Shown: one piece after another, positions 50,063 to 62,083 of the stretch | Layout of the letters: every line of letters begins with the position of its first letter | Numbering within the stretch: the first letter of the stretch is position 1 | Assembly: GCA_028023455.1 (NCBI GenBank) | Contig: JAQFVV010000002.1 | Coordinates: 310,001-374,000 of the forward strand | DNA from: Epiperipatus broadwayi | Lineage: Eukaryota > Animalia > Onychophora | Length of the DNA: 64,000 bases | Reading direction: 5' to 3' | Position numbers and translations under genes: made by a program | Notes under the pieces: generated by a model | The model's database searches: none | Told to the model about the DNA's origin: nothing | Seen by the model: the letters and a program-made list of their open reading frames with translations, nothing else

Positions 50063-50640
50063 TGCTCAATCTCAGTGGCTGAAATTTTCCTGGTGATTTT
50101 AAAATATCAATATAGCAGGTGTAAATTTATAAATTTACATGTTTCACTTTTTGGATATGATTCACAATAATCTTTTTTGTTAATTATCTGAGAGTCATTT
50201 GTGATGAATTATGCCTCTTTGATGTTCCTCTTTTGATCATAGCATTCAGCAACACTATGTTAACATTTTGCAGGTCAAAGATATGGCCAGAATTTATTTT
50301 ATGCTTAAGAGACATTGATTTAACACTAGGATCATTTTTCAAGTACTTGTAGAGGTATTTATGATGTGGCAATCTTGTGGCAATATTAGTGCATGATTTC
50401 CCATAAACTGCATGCGAAGTGGAATCACTGCAGTTAATCCTATAAACGATCTGTGCTGAACATGATGATCAAAAAAGATAAGAAGTGTGATTCATCATAA
50501 ATGACTCCCATGTGATTAACAAAAAGGACTCCTGCATTCATTTGTCCAAAAAGTGGAACATATAAATTTATAAATTTGCATTATGCCTGCTGTATTGGTA
50601 TTTTAAACTCACCACAAATTTCAGCCACTGAGATTGAGCA
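50063..50640. mobile_element. Fold-back of a PLE 3' end
   Basis: TGCTCAATCTCAGTGGCTGAAATTT / AAATTTCAGCCACTGAGATTGAGCA (25 bp perfect); arms ~50063-50260 / 50455-50640. The minus strand encodes HKINSGHIFDLQNVNIV (post-GIY-YIG H...H.F motif). Confidence 0.8.
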
Positions 50641-52329
50641 TGCACAGCTATATATAGAAAGTTTAAAACAAAATAATCTTTTTATGAGCAGATAAAACAC
50701 TTATGATAGAATTACAATTTATAGAAGAAGAAAAAAATTATTATAGAATTAAAAATATGCAGATTCTTTGCCAATGGAAGAAATTGTGATTTCAACAATA
50801 TGACACGTTGTTTACTTAATGGTAAAATAATTTACTTGATTTTCGGTAAATAAAATTCAAAAGTTAAGTTATGACATCATCTTGGATGATAATACACAAA
50901 TATAGTCTTAAATAAATAAATCTTTATAGATATAAAATAAGGCTTTATTTAAAATATGTATTTGTGATTTCCATTTACGTAATGCAATTTTTTATTTTAC
51001 TTTAATAAACTATTGAACATTCATTACAAAAAAGCGTAATCAAATGATTTAATTTTTAGACGAATATTTTTTTTTTAAAACAAATAACAACAGAACACTT
51101 TTCTTTCTTTTTTTACTATTGATCTGAAAAAAAAAATCAATCATTTAATAATTGCATTTTGAGTAGTTTGGGGGAGGGGTTTTCAAATAAAATGATTTAA
51201 AGTCATAACAAAGGGTTTTCTTCTTTCTTTACATATAGATTTTCAATTAATTCATTGTAGAGCGATAGAACATCCCAGAGTGAATATTATTGGTCTTATT
51301 GTGAAATTACTATTTGAAGTAATGTCTTTTCAAACATCACATCTAGGTAAAAATAGCATAATAGTTAATCAATCTAATCTCAAACTAGTCTTAGTAAAAT
51401 GAAACTGCAAATATTTACTTAAGAATGTGAAATAATTATCCGAAAAATCGTCAATTAATTTCTTTGCTTTTATATAAGAAACGTTCTTTTTGATTGTTAT
51501 TAAAATCTACATTTCAACAAAATGATTTTATTACAGCGATTTTAATTTGTCGATAATAGGATTATAAATATTTGAATTTCCATTTATTAAAAATGAAATA
51601 AATTCAAATAACACGTATAAAACTTTCACTCCCCACTCAATGACAACTAAAATATGTTCTAGTACAGTATTTATATTTTTAAGTTTTGGTACATCTGATT
51701 TCTTCATCATCATTCATTTAGGCAACGACTTCTCCAACATTTTACTACAATGATCAATCATGAGCTTTTTGTATATGCATGTGTGTAATATCCAGAAACC
51801 TTTTTTTTTTTAATTTTCTCTTTCTATTATAAAGTAGTTACTTTCTAAGAATTATTTTATCTTCTTACAACATATTATATCGTTCTTTGTTTTAGATTAA
51901 TTAATCTTTACAATCTGACAACAAAATTATTCATTTCAATTTTTCTTTCTTATTGTTATTATTAAAGTACTAGTTTCATTCTTTTTTGAGTTTGTTTTTA
52001 TGTTTTTTTGTTGCAATCTTTGTTTAATTTTAAAACTCAAGGTTTCATTTTTACAACTATAGTTTTAAAAAACACTTAAGACTCACTTATTAAAAGCTTT
52101 TAATTTTAAGTACAAACATAATTTCTTTAAGTAGAATTCACAATATAATAGTTATCATTGGCATATAGTTTAAAACTGTTGCATAGATACCTAAAACCAT
52201 AAATAATAATGGATTCTGAATATATGATGTAGTGTAATTTAAAATGTATGCACATTATGGCATCAAAAATAATTAATATATCTGTATATAATATTGTAAT
52301 AAATAGACAGTACAGTAATAAACTTGGAG

Positions 52330-52520
52330 AGAAAAGATTAAATGAATCATGCAGGGTACCATATTATACTAACCTAATGAAACAATCAAGTTTAAGCAAT
52401 ATATATATATATAATATTATCATTGTTATAGCAAGTTTGTGAAGTTATTTGAAGCAGAATGCACCTATCTAAATTCTTTAAAAGAATGAATTAGTACTGA
52501 ATAAATATGCATTCATAAAA
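52330..52520 (+). mobile_element. Possible PLE linker / GIY-YIG remnant
   Basis: CRVPYYTNL resembles V.LPY...LS; what follows is very decayed. Confidence 0.3.
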
Positions 52521-54656
52521 AAAGGGTAATATGAATTGAAATTAAAATAAGATTTACCTACATTGTCATTATAATTAAAATAATACAGATATCCAAAGTA
52601 GAAAACTAACCCACCTGAAATAAATAAGACTATGATTTTTAAAAAGGAAATAAATCTGATATGTATAAGTCAATTTAATTAAATAATTTAATTAAGAAAA
52701 TCCTAGTTATAAATAAAAAGAGAAAATATATATCAAGGAGAATCCTATTTTTATCTTGCGATATTATTTCGCATTATCAAATCAATAAAAATGTTTAAAA
52801 GAGATGACATAGCAAGGAATGAAATGTCAAAAAAAGAGCTAATGATATAATGATTAGAAAGGCTAAAAATTATCTTAATATCACATTGGTTACTCAAACA
52901 CAACCTGTTATTATTCCAGTTTTTTCTACATTTATGTTAATTATATGTTTCTAAACAATATTTATTTAGGATTTATGCTTAAGTATTTTTTCATTGGAGA
53001 ACTATTAACTATAACAGCAGTTCTACAATCGGTATGCTTAAAAAATCTGATACGACTGGATAAATAATAAGCAGTTAATTTGACTATGGTAGCAACCATT
53101 TCTCTGGAGAATGGTGTAAGAGTTAAAAAAAACCCACCAATGTATGTATTTTACTTTGTTATGTTAATTATGATTATTTGTAAAATACATTTACATGGCT
53201 CACACCTTACATCATGAATTCCTTATTTTTTTTAATCTGTTGGTGGCCAACACAATAATAATGACGATATATCTCAAAAAAAAAAAAAAAAAAAATGAGG
53301 ATGTTTAAACTAAAACTTAAAGTGTGAAACAAGATGGTTTAAAACCCAGAGATATCACTAAAAATTATTTATTAGAATACAAAACAATGTTTTTTTAAAT
53401 ATTAATAGAAAAGCTCAGCCAGCAACAATATTATGATATCAGAATCTTTTTAAATAAAAAATACAAGCTTTAGATACTATAATTTTTGTCAAAGTCTAAT
53501 CAATATCAATAAAACATTTTAGAAATAAATCTCGAATATTTTGTTATCATATAATATTTAGAGCAAAAAAAAAAAATCTGCTTTTCTGAAAATCATTTAA
53601 ATTATGTAGTTATGTATATAAAATAAACTTATCCTTTTTAAAAGTCATTAGTTAATACAGGTTTTAATCTATATTTCTTGAGCAAAATAGTTTGTTATTT
53701 TTGTTGATGTTGATTGCATATAGCAGGTTAAAAAAATAAATTGTGGCTGGGAAACTAATGTTCTTTTTATTATTGTATATAAAATAATAAAATTGGGTAT
53801 GCTGTGTAATTATTATTTCGTGTATATTAATAAACTGTAATTAAATTCCAGCTTAACATCTGTCATATTAAGCGTCACAACATGTTAATTATTATCCATT
53901 TTCTGTATCAAATATAAAATTATAAATTTGTAAAAGTTTATCCTGTACCATTATATATATATATAGGTGTGTGTCCGTGTGTTGCAGATATTAAGTTGTT
54001 CATAGGTTACAGACATAAGTGATATAAATTATGAATATATATAAATTAATAATTAAATAATTTAAATTATGAAAATACAAATAATGTTAAACATCTTTTA
54101 TCAGTTTATAATAAATAAATATAGTAACTTAACCAATTACTGTTTATTATGCTGGTGAATTTTCTTAATTATTTATTTGTTGTAATTGATACCAAACCAT
54201 GCATTGTTTACTATTTGAATTAAAATTGTTATACACTGTATCAATAATGTTCTATTTGGCTTGATTCAGTGTTACAGTAACATTCTCTGGAGCCGAAGGT
54301 CCATAATTTGTGTCTCCATTCAATGCTCAAACTTTTTATGAACTCTCAAACAACAAAATTTGATTATTTTTATTGTTAATAATAATTAGAAATATATAAA
54401 AAGGTGTATATATTAAGCTTAAAGCTTTGGTGTAATGTTCAATTTGATTATTACTTACAAGTTTGTATATGCCAATTAAAAATTCTATGTCATATGATTA
54501 AAAATAATATTTATAACCTGCAATACCAGAATAATTTTAAATAAATTTATTTTTAAAAGCTATAATGACTTTCATAGCATTGTAAATGAAAATGCTATTA
54601 ATTAATCTAAATGTTAAACCACTAAAATGACATAATCATCATTCCCTATCCTTATT

Positions 54657-55126
54657 CTACTATATGGAGAGATTTGCATAACTTTTAACAGCTTGTATAA
54701 GCATAAGAAATGGTGATCATGTGATGTTTAGAAGTTTAATATCAATCCTTCCCAGTGGTATGCTGGTGACTAAGAGTCTAAAACAAAGACATCAAAATGT
54801 GTAGATGCTAAACTGAGTTCAAATCTATATGACTATACAAGTAAAATAAGCTTGGATTGAAAACATTATTGTGTTTTCATTTGGACTCATAGCTTTATTA
54901 TTAACTAAAAAGGTAAAAGGTGGCTTCTGGAAGACTGCATTGGATCCTAAGATCTATATGCAGTACTCTCAAATCCAAATATCCTCACTGATCAAAACCT
55001 AGAAACTAGTCTGGCAGTGTTAGATGAATAAACATTAGATAGGAATTTTATGCACAAACCTTCATTAAATCATTGATTATTCTGGTTTGCACTAGTTGGC
55101 ACTACTATATGAAGAGTTTTGCCTCT
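54657..55126 (+). mobile_element. Family-A partial tandem (period 445 bp) with a degenerate HHR at ~54975-55015
   Basis: CTACTATATG(G/A)AGAG at 54657 and 55102. 54905-55126 aligns with 7889-8084. The HHR reads UCCUCA-CUGAUCA-aaaccua-GAAA-CUAG-UC-UGG (core G>C, stem II shortened). Confidence 0.78.
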
Positions 55127-55532
55127 AATTTAATCTAAATATTATTTTGAATAATAAATTTAAGACTACTTCTGAATGCAAAATTTGAAATGAACTATTT
55201 AAAATATATGTTTTCTCAGTCTTATGGTATACTCTTTAAAAAAAAAAAAGGTTATTGAAAAAAAAATCACAATTAGAAGATTTTATTTGCTATATCACTG
55301 GTTAGATTACTATTATTATTTTTAAAATATAGTTTATCTTGCTGCAAATAAAATTATCATTAATTAAGTGTAAAAGTTTGTTAAAAAGTTAATATTACTA
55401 AGACTTTATCTATCTTTAATACTTCTAATACATTGTTAATAACAACAATAAATAGTTTTTTTAACAACTAAATAAGCACTGATTTCTTTTCAAAACCAGA
55501 ATTTATCTTCAATGTAGACTAAAATTTATTTA

Positions 55533-55635
55533 TTTTTCTCATGTATCAGAGCATCAGCCGGGAAGCGAACTCGCTAACCCGGGACAACTCCTTGTAAAGC
55601 AGCTGTTCCTGACCTCTCGACCACCAATGCTTGAC
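55533..55635 (-). mobile_element. tRNA-derived SINE, subfamily 2
   Basis: The minus strand reads GTCAAGCATTGGTGGTCG...CAGCTGCTTTACAAGGAGTTGTCCCGGG...GTTCGCTTCCCGGCTGATGCTCTGATACATGAG, then an A-rich tail. Confidence 0.85.
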
Positions 55636-56722
55636 AAACCATTTGAATTCAGTACTAATTCAAATCGTTTTAAAATTGCAATCATTCAACTACACTTTAT
55701 ATACCAGAAAAGCATCACATGATTTCAGTCTTTTCATTTAACATTTGTATTAACAATAGTAATCCATAAATGTAAGCATAAGTAATTACTATCTATTAGT
55801 TGCTAGTTACAAACCTTCATTATTAAAGTACATTGTTCACATTTATTCATTTAAATACTTAAATGTTTCAGAATATTATGATTTTGATTTTAGAACAATT
55901 TATTATTAGCTATATAAGTTTGACCTTAAGTTAGCAACTATATATATATCAATTTTATAATGACAATTGGTATGTTTGATTATTTAGCAAAAAGTTGATA
56001 TATATTAAACAAAGCATCAAACGGCTATTAAATTTACATTTAAGATCTATGCATTACAATAGTAATAGACTCTCATGATTTTTAATAGAAATTTATGAAA
56101 TCATAAATAATCAGTAGCTCTCAATTATTGGCACAAATCCCCAGATTAGTATTAGTCTATTGGTCTTTATCAAAAGGATCTCTAGATTACAATTATCAAT
56201 CCAGAAAATATTTTATTTATATATATATGAAAATAATCCCCATGCTTAATGCTCTTTGTTTGAGTTAGTTCATGTTTCCATATTTAATATCTAACAGTAC
56301 ACAGTTTCGAAGTGATATCATTTTGAGCTGGCTATTTTGAAATATGGACGATAATATATTTATACATTTATTTCACAGAGAGTAATTCTGTAACTATGTA
56401 GGTGATTTAATATTTGATATATAGATATATAATATTCAAATCAATATATATATATATTAAAAATACAGTAAATATATATATTGATTTGAATATTACATAT
56501 ATTTTGGAAAGAATAAAGACATCAAAACTAATTTATTACACACGCAATTACACACACATATATATATATATCATTATAATCCCATTTAACCTTGAGAATT
56601 ATTATGTTTATGCAATAATTGATAGTATAGTGATTTACACACATATAAAATATTGTGAAGTGAAACTATTCTTCACACAAGAGTTATAAATTAAACATGC
56701 ATTCTCCTATCAACAAGTATGG

Positions 56723-57139
56723 TAAAAGCATAGGTTCTTCACCTATGCTTAGGGCTTATTCTTTAAATAAAACAAAAGAAATTGACTTTATTGCTAGCCT
56801 AATTTTTTAATTTGTATATCACTTTCACAAGTTCACATTATATATCAAAGAGCTTAATCTTATTGCTAGCATGATTCTATTTGTGAAAATTACTTGCTTT
56901 CCACAATATTCCATATGTGTATAAATCACTATAATCCCAACTATTACTTATATACTAAGTAATAAGACTCAGTGGCACTCATAATTAAAAGTGAGAGACT
57001 TTCTCTTTCATATGATGTATAATTTGAACTTGTGGAAGTAGAGTGCCAATTTAAAAATCAAGCCCTAAACTCAGGCATGTCAATAAATATTAGTTTGTTT
57101 AAAAAATAAACTTTAACAATAGAAGAACCTATGCTTTTA
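56723..57139. repeat. Diverged fold-back
   Basis: TAAAAGCATAGGTTCTTC / GAAGAACCTATGCTTTTA (18 bp perfect); CACAAGTTCA.ATTATA / TATAAT.TGAACTTGTG; internal 9-bp hairpin at ~56727-56749. Confidence 0.8.
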
Positions 57140-57790
57140 AAACATTTATTAATTGAGAGAGTGCATGTTTGAAGAGTAGTTATCCATCTACAATTTTTCA
57201 TATATATAATGTAACTATAACTATGGTAAGCCACCTAAATAACACAATAAATATAATTTGGGAGATCAATTGTAATTGTAACTATTATTTGCTTAACACA
57301 TTTAAAAGTCAAACCAATATAAATACTGAGACTATCAGTGTAATTTGGGAGATCAAAGACCATTTTATTGAAACCAAATTATATACAATAAATAAATATT
57401 CTAAGTGATATCTACAGTAAACTGTAAATAAATTCATGTTCACACTTCTTATATTCTTAATAAGTTTTAAAATGTAGCATGTATTTTATAATACTAATTT
57501 CTCCACAATATTATAATTAAATGTATTCTAATTAGTTTTCAAAATAGATATTGGTTAAATATCTCAAGATAAATCAAATACATATGTGTTAACAAAGTTA
57601 CAATTAATATGTGATCCATAAAAAAATGATAAGTGACATAAACTTTAAAAAGGTATGAAACCCAAGATCAATAAATAAACAAATTTATAATTTTATTTAC
57701 AATATATATTATATTAAAATTTCCTTCCACTTCTTATTTGCATTGTAAAGTGTCATTTAAGGTGTATATAACGTATTATATAATATATAT

Positions 57791-60700
57791 TGTAATGGTA
57801 TGGAAAGTAGAGGTGAGATGGGGAGATGGCAAATCATCATCATCCTCATTGAATATGTCAAATTAAATATAAAAGGAATATAATGAATATAGAATATAGT
57901 GAATATGAGCAAAGAACCCACATGGATTATGAAATAATGTGCATCTCTAGCATTACAAAAGAACTATTAAATCAAAACTCATCAACAATCAGCATGAAAT
58001 TAACAGTCAACCATGTGACTGGATTTAAAGTAAGTACATTATAAAACACGGTATTTATCTAGCCACAACCTAACTCAGGGAAATCTATAACACAATTATT
58101 TGGATGCACATACTTAAGTGATAATCCATGACTCGTAATAATAAAAATATTATGCTGGGATACAAAAACATGCTGATCATCATCAATGCTCTGGCCACAT
58201 AATATTATTAATGTTTTGGCCAACTATAAACTTAATTTCTAATGAAAATCAAAATACAATGAATGAACTTTAAAGGTAATACTTTGTACCATTTAGAATT
58301 ATCTTCTGGTTATCCAAACACAAGCATAAATCCTCACATCCATATAACCATTATGCTTTGATCTAGCTCAGGGAGCAAGAATACTCTAGAAACTGTTACT
58401 ATAAGATATAAATAAATAAATATAACAGCTTATTTTTAATTTATTTGAAAATAATTTTACTGGGATAATTTGAAAACAATCACTCAGACTTTTAATAAAT
58501 TCAATGAATGTCTCACCAACATTTCTAAAATATCCCTTATTTTAAGGAATTGGTTTTCTTCCCTTTTTAATGTAGTTATAGCTATTTTTGGTAAGTTTGA
58601 CCATGTTGTCTATAATTGTCTAACTTTTTTACTCTATTCACAATTCTCTCATCTCTGACCTGAAGGAATTTAATTTGATGAGTCATAGTCCCCAAACACT
58701 CTTGCACAGATTCCAGGCTTCTTTAACTTTCATTATTCACAGACTCTATCGCCTACTATAACTTGGCTTATTTTAATATTCATTACTTCTTGTATCTGGT
58801 TTATTTTGACACTTGTTTTTCTTTATTTTACTTAACTTCATTCATAATTTCCTCTCTAACTTGTTTGATTTAGTCTGCTGTTTGATTAGCCATTTTTTAT
58901 TGTTTTCAGTCATTTTATCTTTTATTTTCTGCAACAGCATTTGAATTTCTTCGGTTCTCTTTTTCATATCCTCTTTTCTTTGTTATTATTTCTTCACTTT
59001 GTTCATCTCTCTTCTTATTATTCTCTTTTCTTTGTTGATTGATTGCTTTCTTCTATTTTCTTTAGCATATATATTTTCATTTCTTTGAACATTTCTAATA
59101 ATTGGGCTAACATGGCTACTTCCATTGGTTGCTGCTTATTTACTTTCTGATCAAGTTTTTTCCCAATCATCTTCAATTTTGCTCATCAGTATATATTTCT
59201 TTATATTATAGATCTTTTTAATCTTCAACAAAAAACTATGTTAAGTTACTTTTACAAACAGTAAATACAAATATTAACTTTTTAAATAATGTCTCATAAA
59301 AATAAACATGACATCACCTCACCTTATAGTCTATATTATTGCACATAATCTGCCTTTGTTTAAATTACTGTATCAATATCTGGCTTTGTTTATTTATTTC
59401 CCCTGCTTTATTTTCCATGTCTACCCTATTAATATGTGTGTCTAATTTCTTTAATCGCTAATATATTTGTTTATGTTTTTTTCTTTGAATACATATGCAA
59501 ATACAAATTTATAAAATAAACCAGTTAATGAAAATTTTTCTAGAAATTTGATCAGAATCTGACAGCAAAAGAATGCATAGTGATCTGCAATTCTTGGATT
59601 GATTCAAAATCCAACCACTGCACTCTTAAGTACACAATGCAGCATGAATACTAAAAGGTCTATCTCAATTTACACACTACAAGATATCTACAACCCCAAA
59701 CAAAAATAATAATGCAAAAAGTTTTGCAAAGTTCTGAAACTTTGAGTCTTATGGGATGAAGAACACAAAACTTTTAAACTTACACTTTGCTCACTTTTTT
59801 TGAAACCTAGGGTCTGGGGCTTATTGCAGGACTACATTAATTGACTATGCTGAACAACTAGAAATACAACAATTTGAAATTGGGTTGCTATAATGTTGAA
59901 ATAGAACACTCCATGGAGTTGTATGAAAACATTGCATCCTTGAGCCAATGACAAAAACTTCTATCTATCATTAGTGCTGAATGTACAGCTAAACAAACTC
60001 CAACCGTCAAAAACTCTAATCTCCAAAAGTCATATTGATTTTCTATTCTATTTTAAATAAGAACTTTTTAAATATATATTAACCACTGCTTATGATTTAT
60101 AATCAAATTATGACTAATCATGATCTATATTCTTGTTACATTTTACAGTAATACATTTTTTTCATGTGTCAAAGCATCAGCCAGGAAGCGAACCCAGGAC
60201 AACTGCTTGTGAGGCAGCTGTGCTAACCATTCGGCCACCAATGCTTGCATTTTAAAATTAATTTTGCATCAAAATACAGAGTTTTTACAGGTGTAATTCT
60301 AAGATTCAAGTTATGGGGTCACTTTATATACTGGCCACCAAATCTTGACCATCATCTATCCCATAGTTGTGTTGTAATTTGTAATGATACAGTATGTAGG
60401 GATGAGATAAGGGAGTGGCACATTATTATCATCCTCACAGAATACATCAAATTAAATATAAAAGGAATATAGTCAATATGTGCAGAGAATCAGCATAGAT
60501 TATGAAATAATGTGCTTCTCTAGCATTACAGAAGAATAATTAAATCAAAATGCATCAACAATCAGCATGAAATTAACAGTCAACCATGTGACTGGATTTA
60601 AAAGAGGTACAATATAAAACAGATTAGTTATTTAGCCACTACCAAACTCAGGGCAGAATATAATACAATTATTTGAATGCACATACTTAAGTGTTAATCT

Positions 60701-61055
60701 ATCACTCGTAATAATAAAAACCTTATACTGAGATACAGAAACATGCTGATCATCATAAATGTTCTGACCACATAGCATTATTTATGCACTGGCCAACTAT
60801 AAACTTAATTTCTTATGTAAAAAACAAAATGCAGTAAATAGATTTTAAAAGTGATACTTTTGCATCATCTAGAGATATCATGTGAATGTTCAAACATAAA
60901 CATAAAACCTCGTATCCATATAACTAACCAGTATTCTCTAATCTAGTGCAAGGAGCAAGAACCCTATAAACTTTTACTGAGAGTAAGATATAAATAAATA
61001 TAACAGCTTATTATAATTTATTTTAAAATAATTTTTCTGGGATAATTTGAAAACA
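57791..61055. mobile_element. Pair of ~680-bp TGT...ACA direct repeats (57791-58478, 60380-61055) flanking a minus-strand gag-like remnant; probable LTR element relic
   Basis: The repeats are collinear with a 47-nt identical block and both start TGTAATG and end AAAACA. A coiled-coil-like MEVAMLAQLLEMFKEMK is on the minus strand near 59.1 kb. No TSD. Confidence 0.5.
60156..60247 (-). mobile_element. tRNA-derived SINE, subfamily 2
   Basis: The minus strand reads CAAGCATTGGTGGCCGAATGGTTAGCACAGCTGCCTCACAAGCAGTTGTCCTGGGTTCGCTTCCTGGCTGATGCTTTGACACATG, then poly-A. Confidence 0.88.
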
Positions 61056-61350
61056 AACCCTCAAGTTGTAAACTGTATTAAAATCAAGTCACACACACAC
61101 TGCCAATTCATAGAATAGATAGCTAAAAGAATAAAGACATTAGCACTAAGATATTTTTTAAACAATTATTTAATAAACTAACTGATTAATAAAAAAATTA
61201 ACTTAAAATGATATGATATTTAAATTTACACATTCTTATCAAAAATATACTTCCATATTAAAAAAAAAACATTAATCAATTGATTTTCATTCTTTAATTG
61301 AATTAACGTTTTCTACCATTGAGTTATTTTGCTTTCGATAAGTAAAATTG

Positions 61351-62083
61351 ACACTCGTAAAAAGTGCACAATAGCTTGAATGGCTGATTAAATGTATTAC
61401 AATTAAAAACAGCACTAAAATAAATGTTTATTTACATATGTTTAAAGTTTCATTTGTGAGTGATGTCTAGTAAATTCTAGATAATTTTGTAGATGTCATT
61501 CTTCAGATATTGTAAACAGTATTTTAAAGTGAGTGGTCTATCCTCACGCTTTCACTTACAGTACTTAAGATTTGCCCATATATAAGCATTTGGGTTGGAT
61601 AGAATAAGTGGATTCATTTTATTCTTTCCTAAATACTATATCTTGTGTTGGGAGTGAATGTACTCATTTATTATTTAACACTTGTAAAAAGCACACAATA
61701 GCTTGAATGGCTGATTAAATGTATTACAATTAGAAACAGCGCTAAAATAAATGTTTATTTACATATGTTTAAAGTTTCATTTGTGAGTGATGTCTAGTAA
61801 ATTTTAGATAATTTCGTCGACATCATTCATTCAGATATCATAAAGTGGTTTAAAGTGAGTGGTCTATCCTCATGCTTTCACTTACAGTACTTAATATTTG
61901 CACATATATAAGCATTTGGGTTGGATAGAATAAGTGGATTCATTTTATTCTTTCCTAAATACTATATCTTTGTGTTGGGAGTGAATGTACTCATTTATTA
62001 TTTAACACTTGTAAAAAGCGCACAATAGCTTGAATGGCTGATTAAATGTATTACAATTACAAACAGCACTAAAATAAATGTTC
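61351..62083. repeat. Tandem repeat, 327-bp unit, about 2.2 copies
   Basis: ACACT(C/T)GTAAAAAG unit starts at 61351, 61678 and 62005; the copies are highly similar. Confidence 0.97.
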
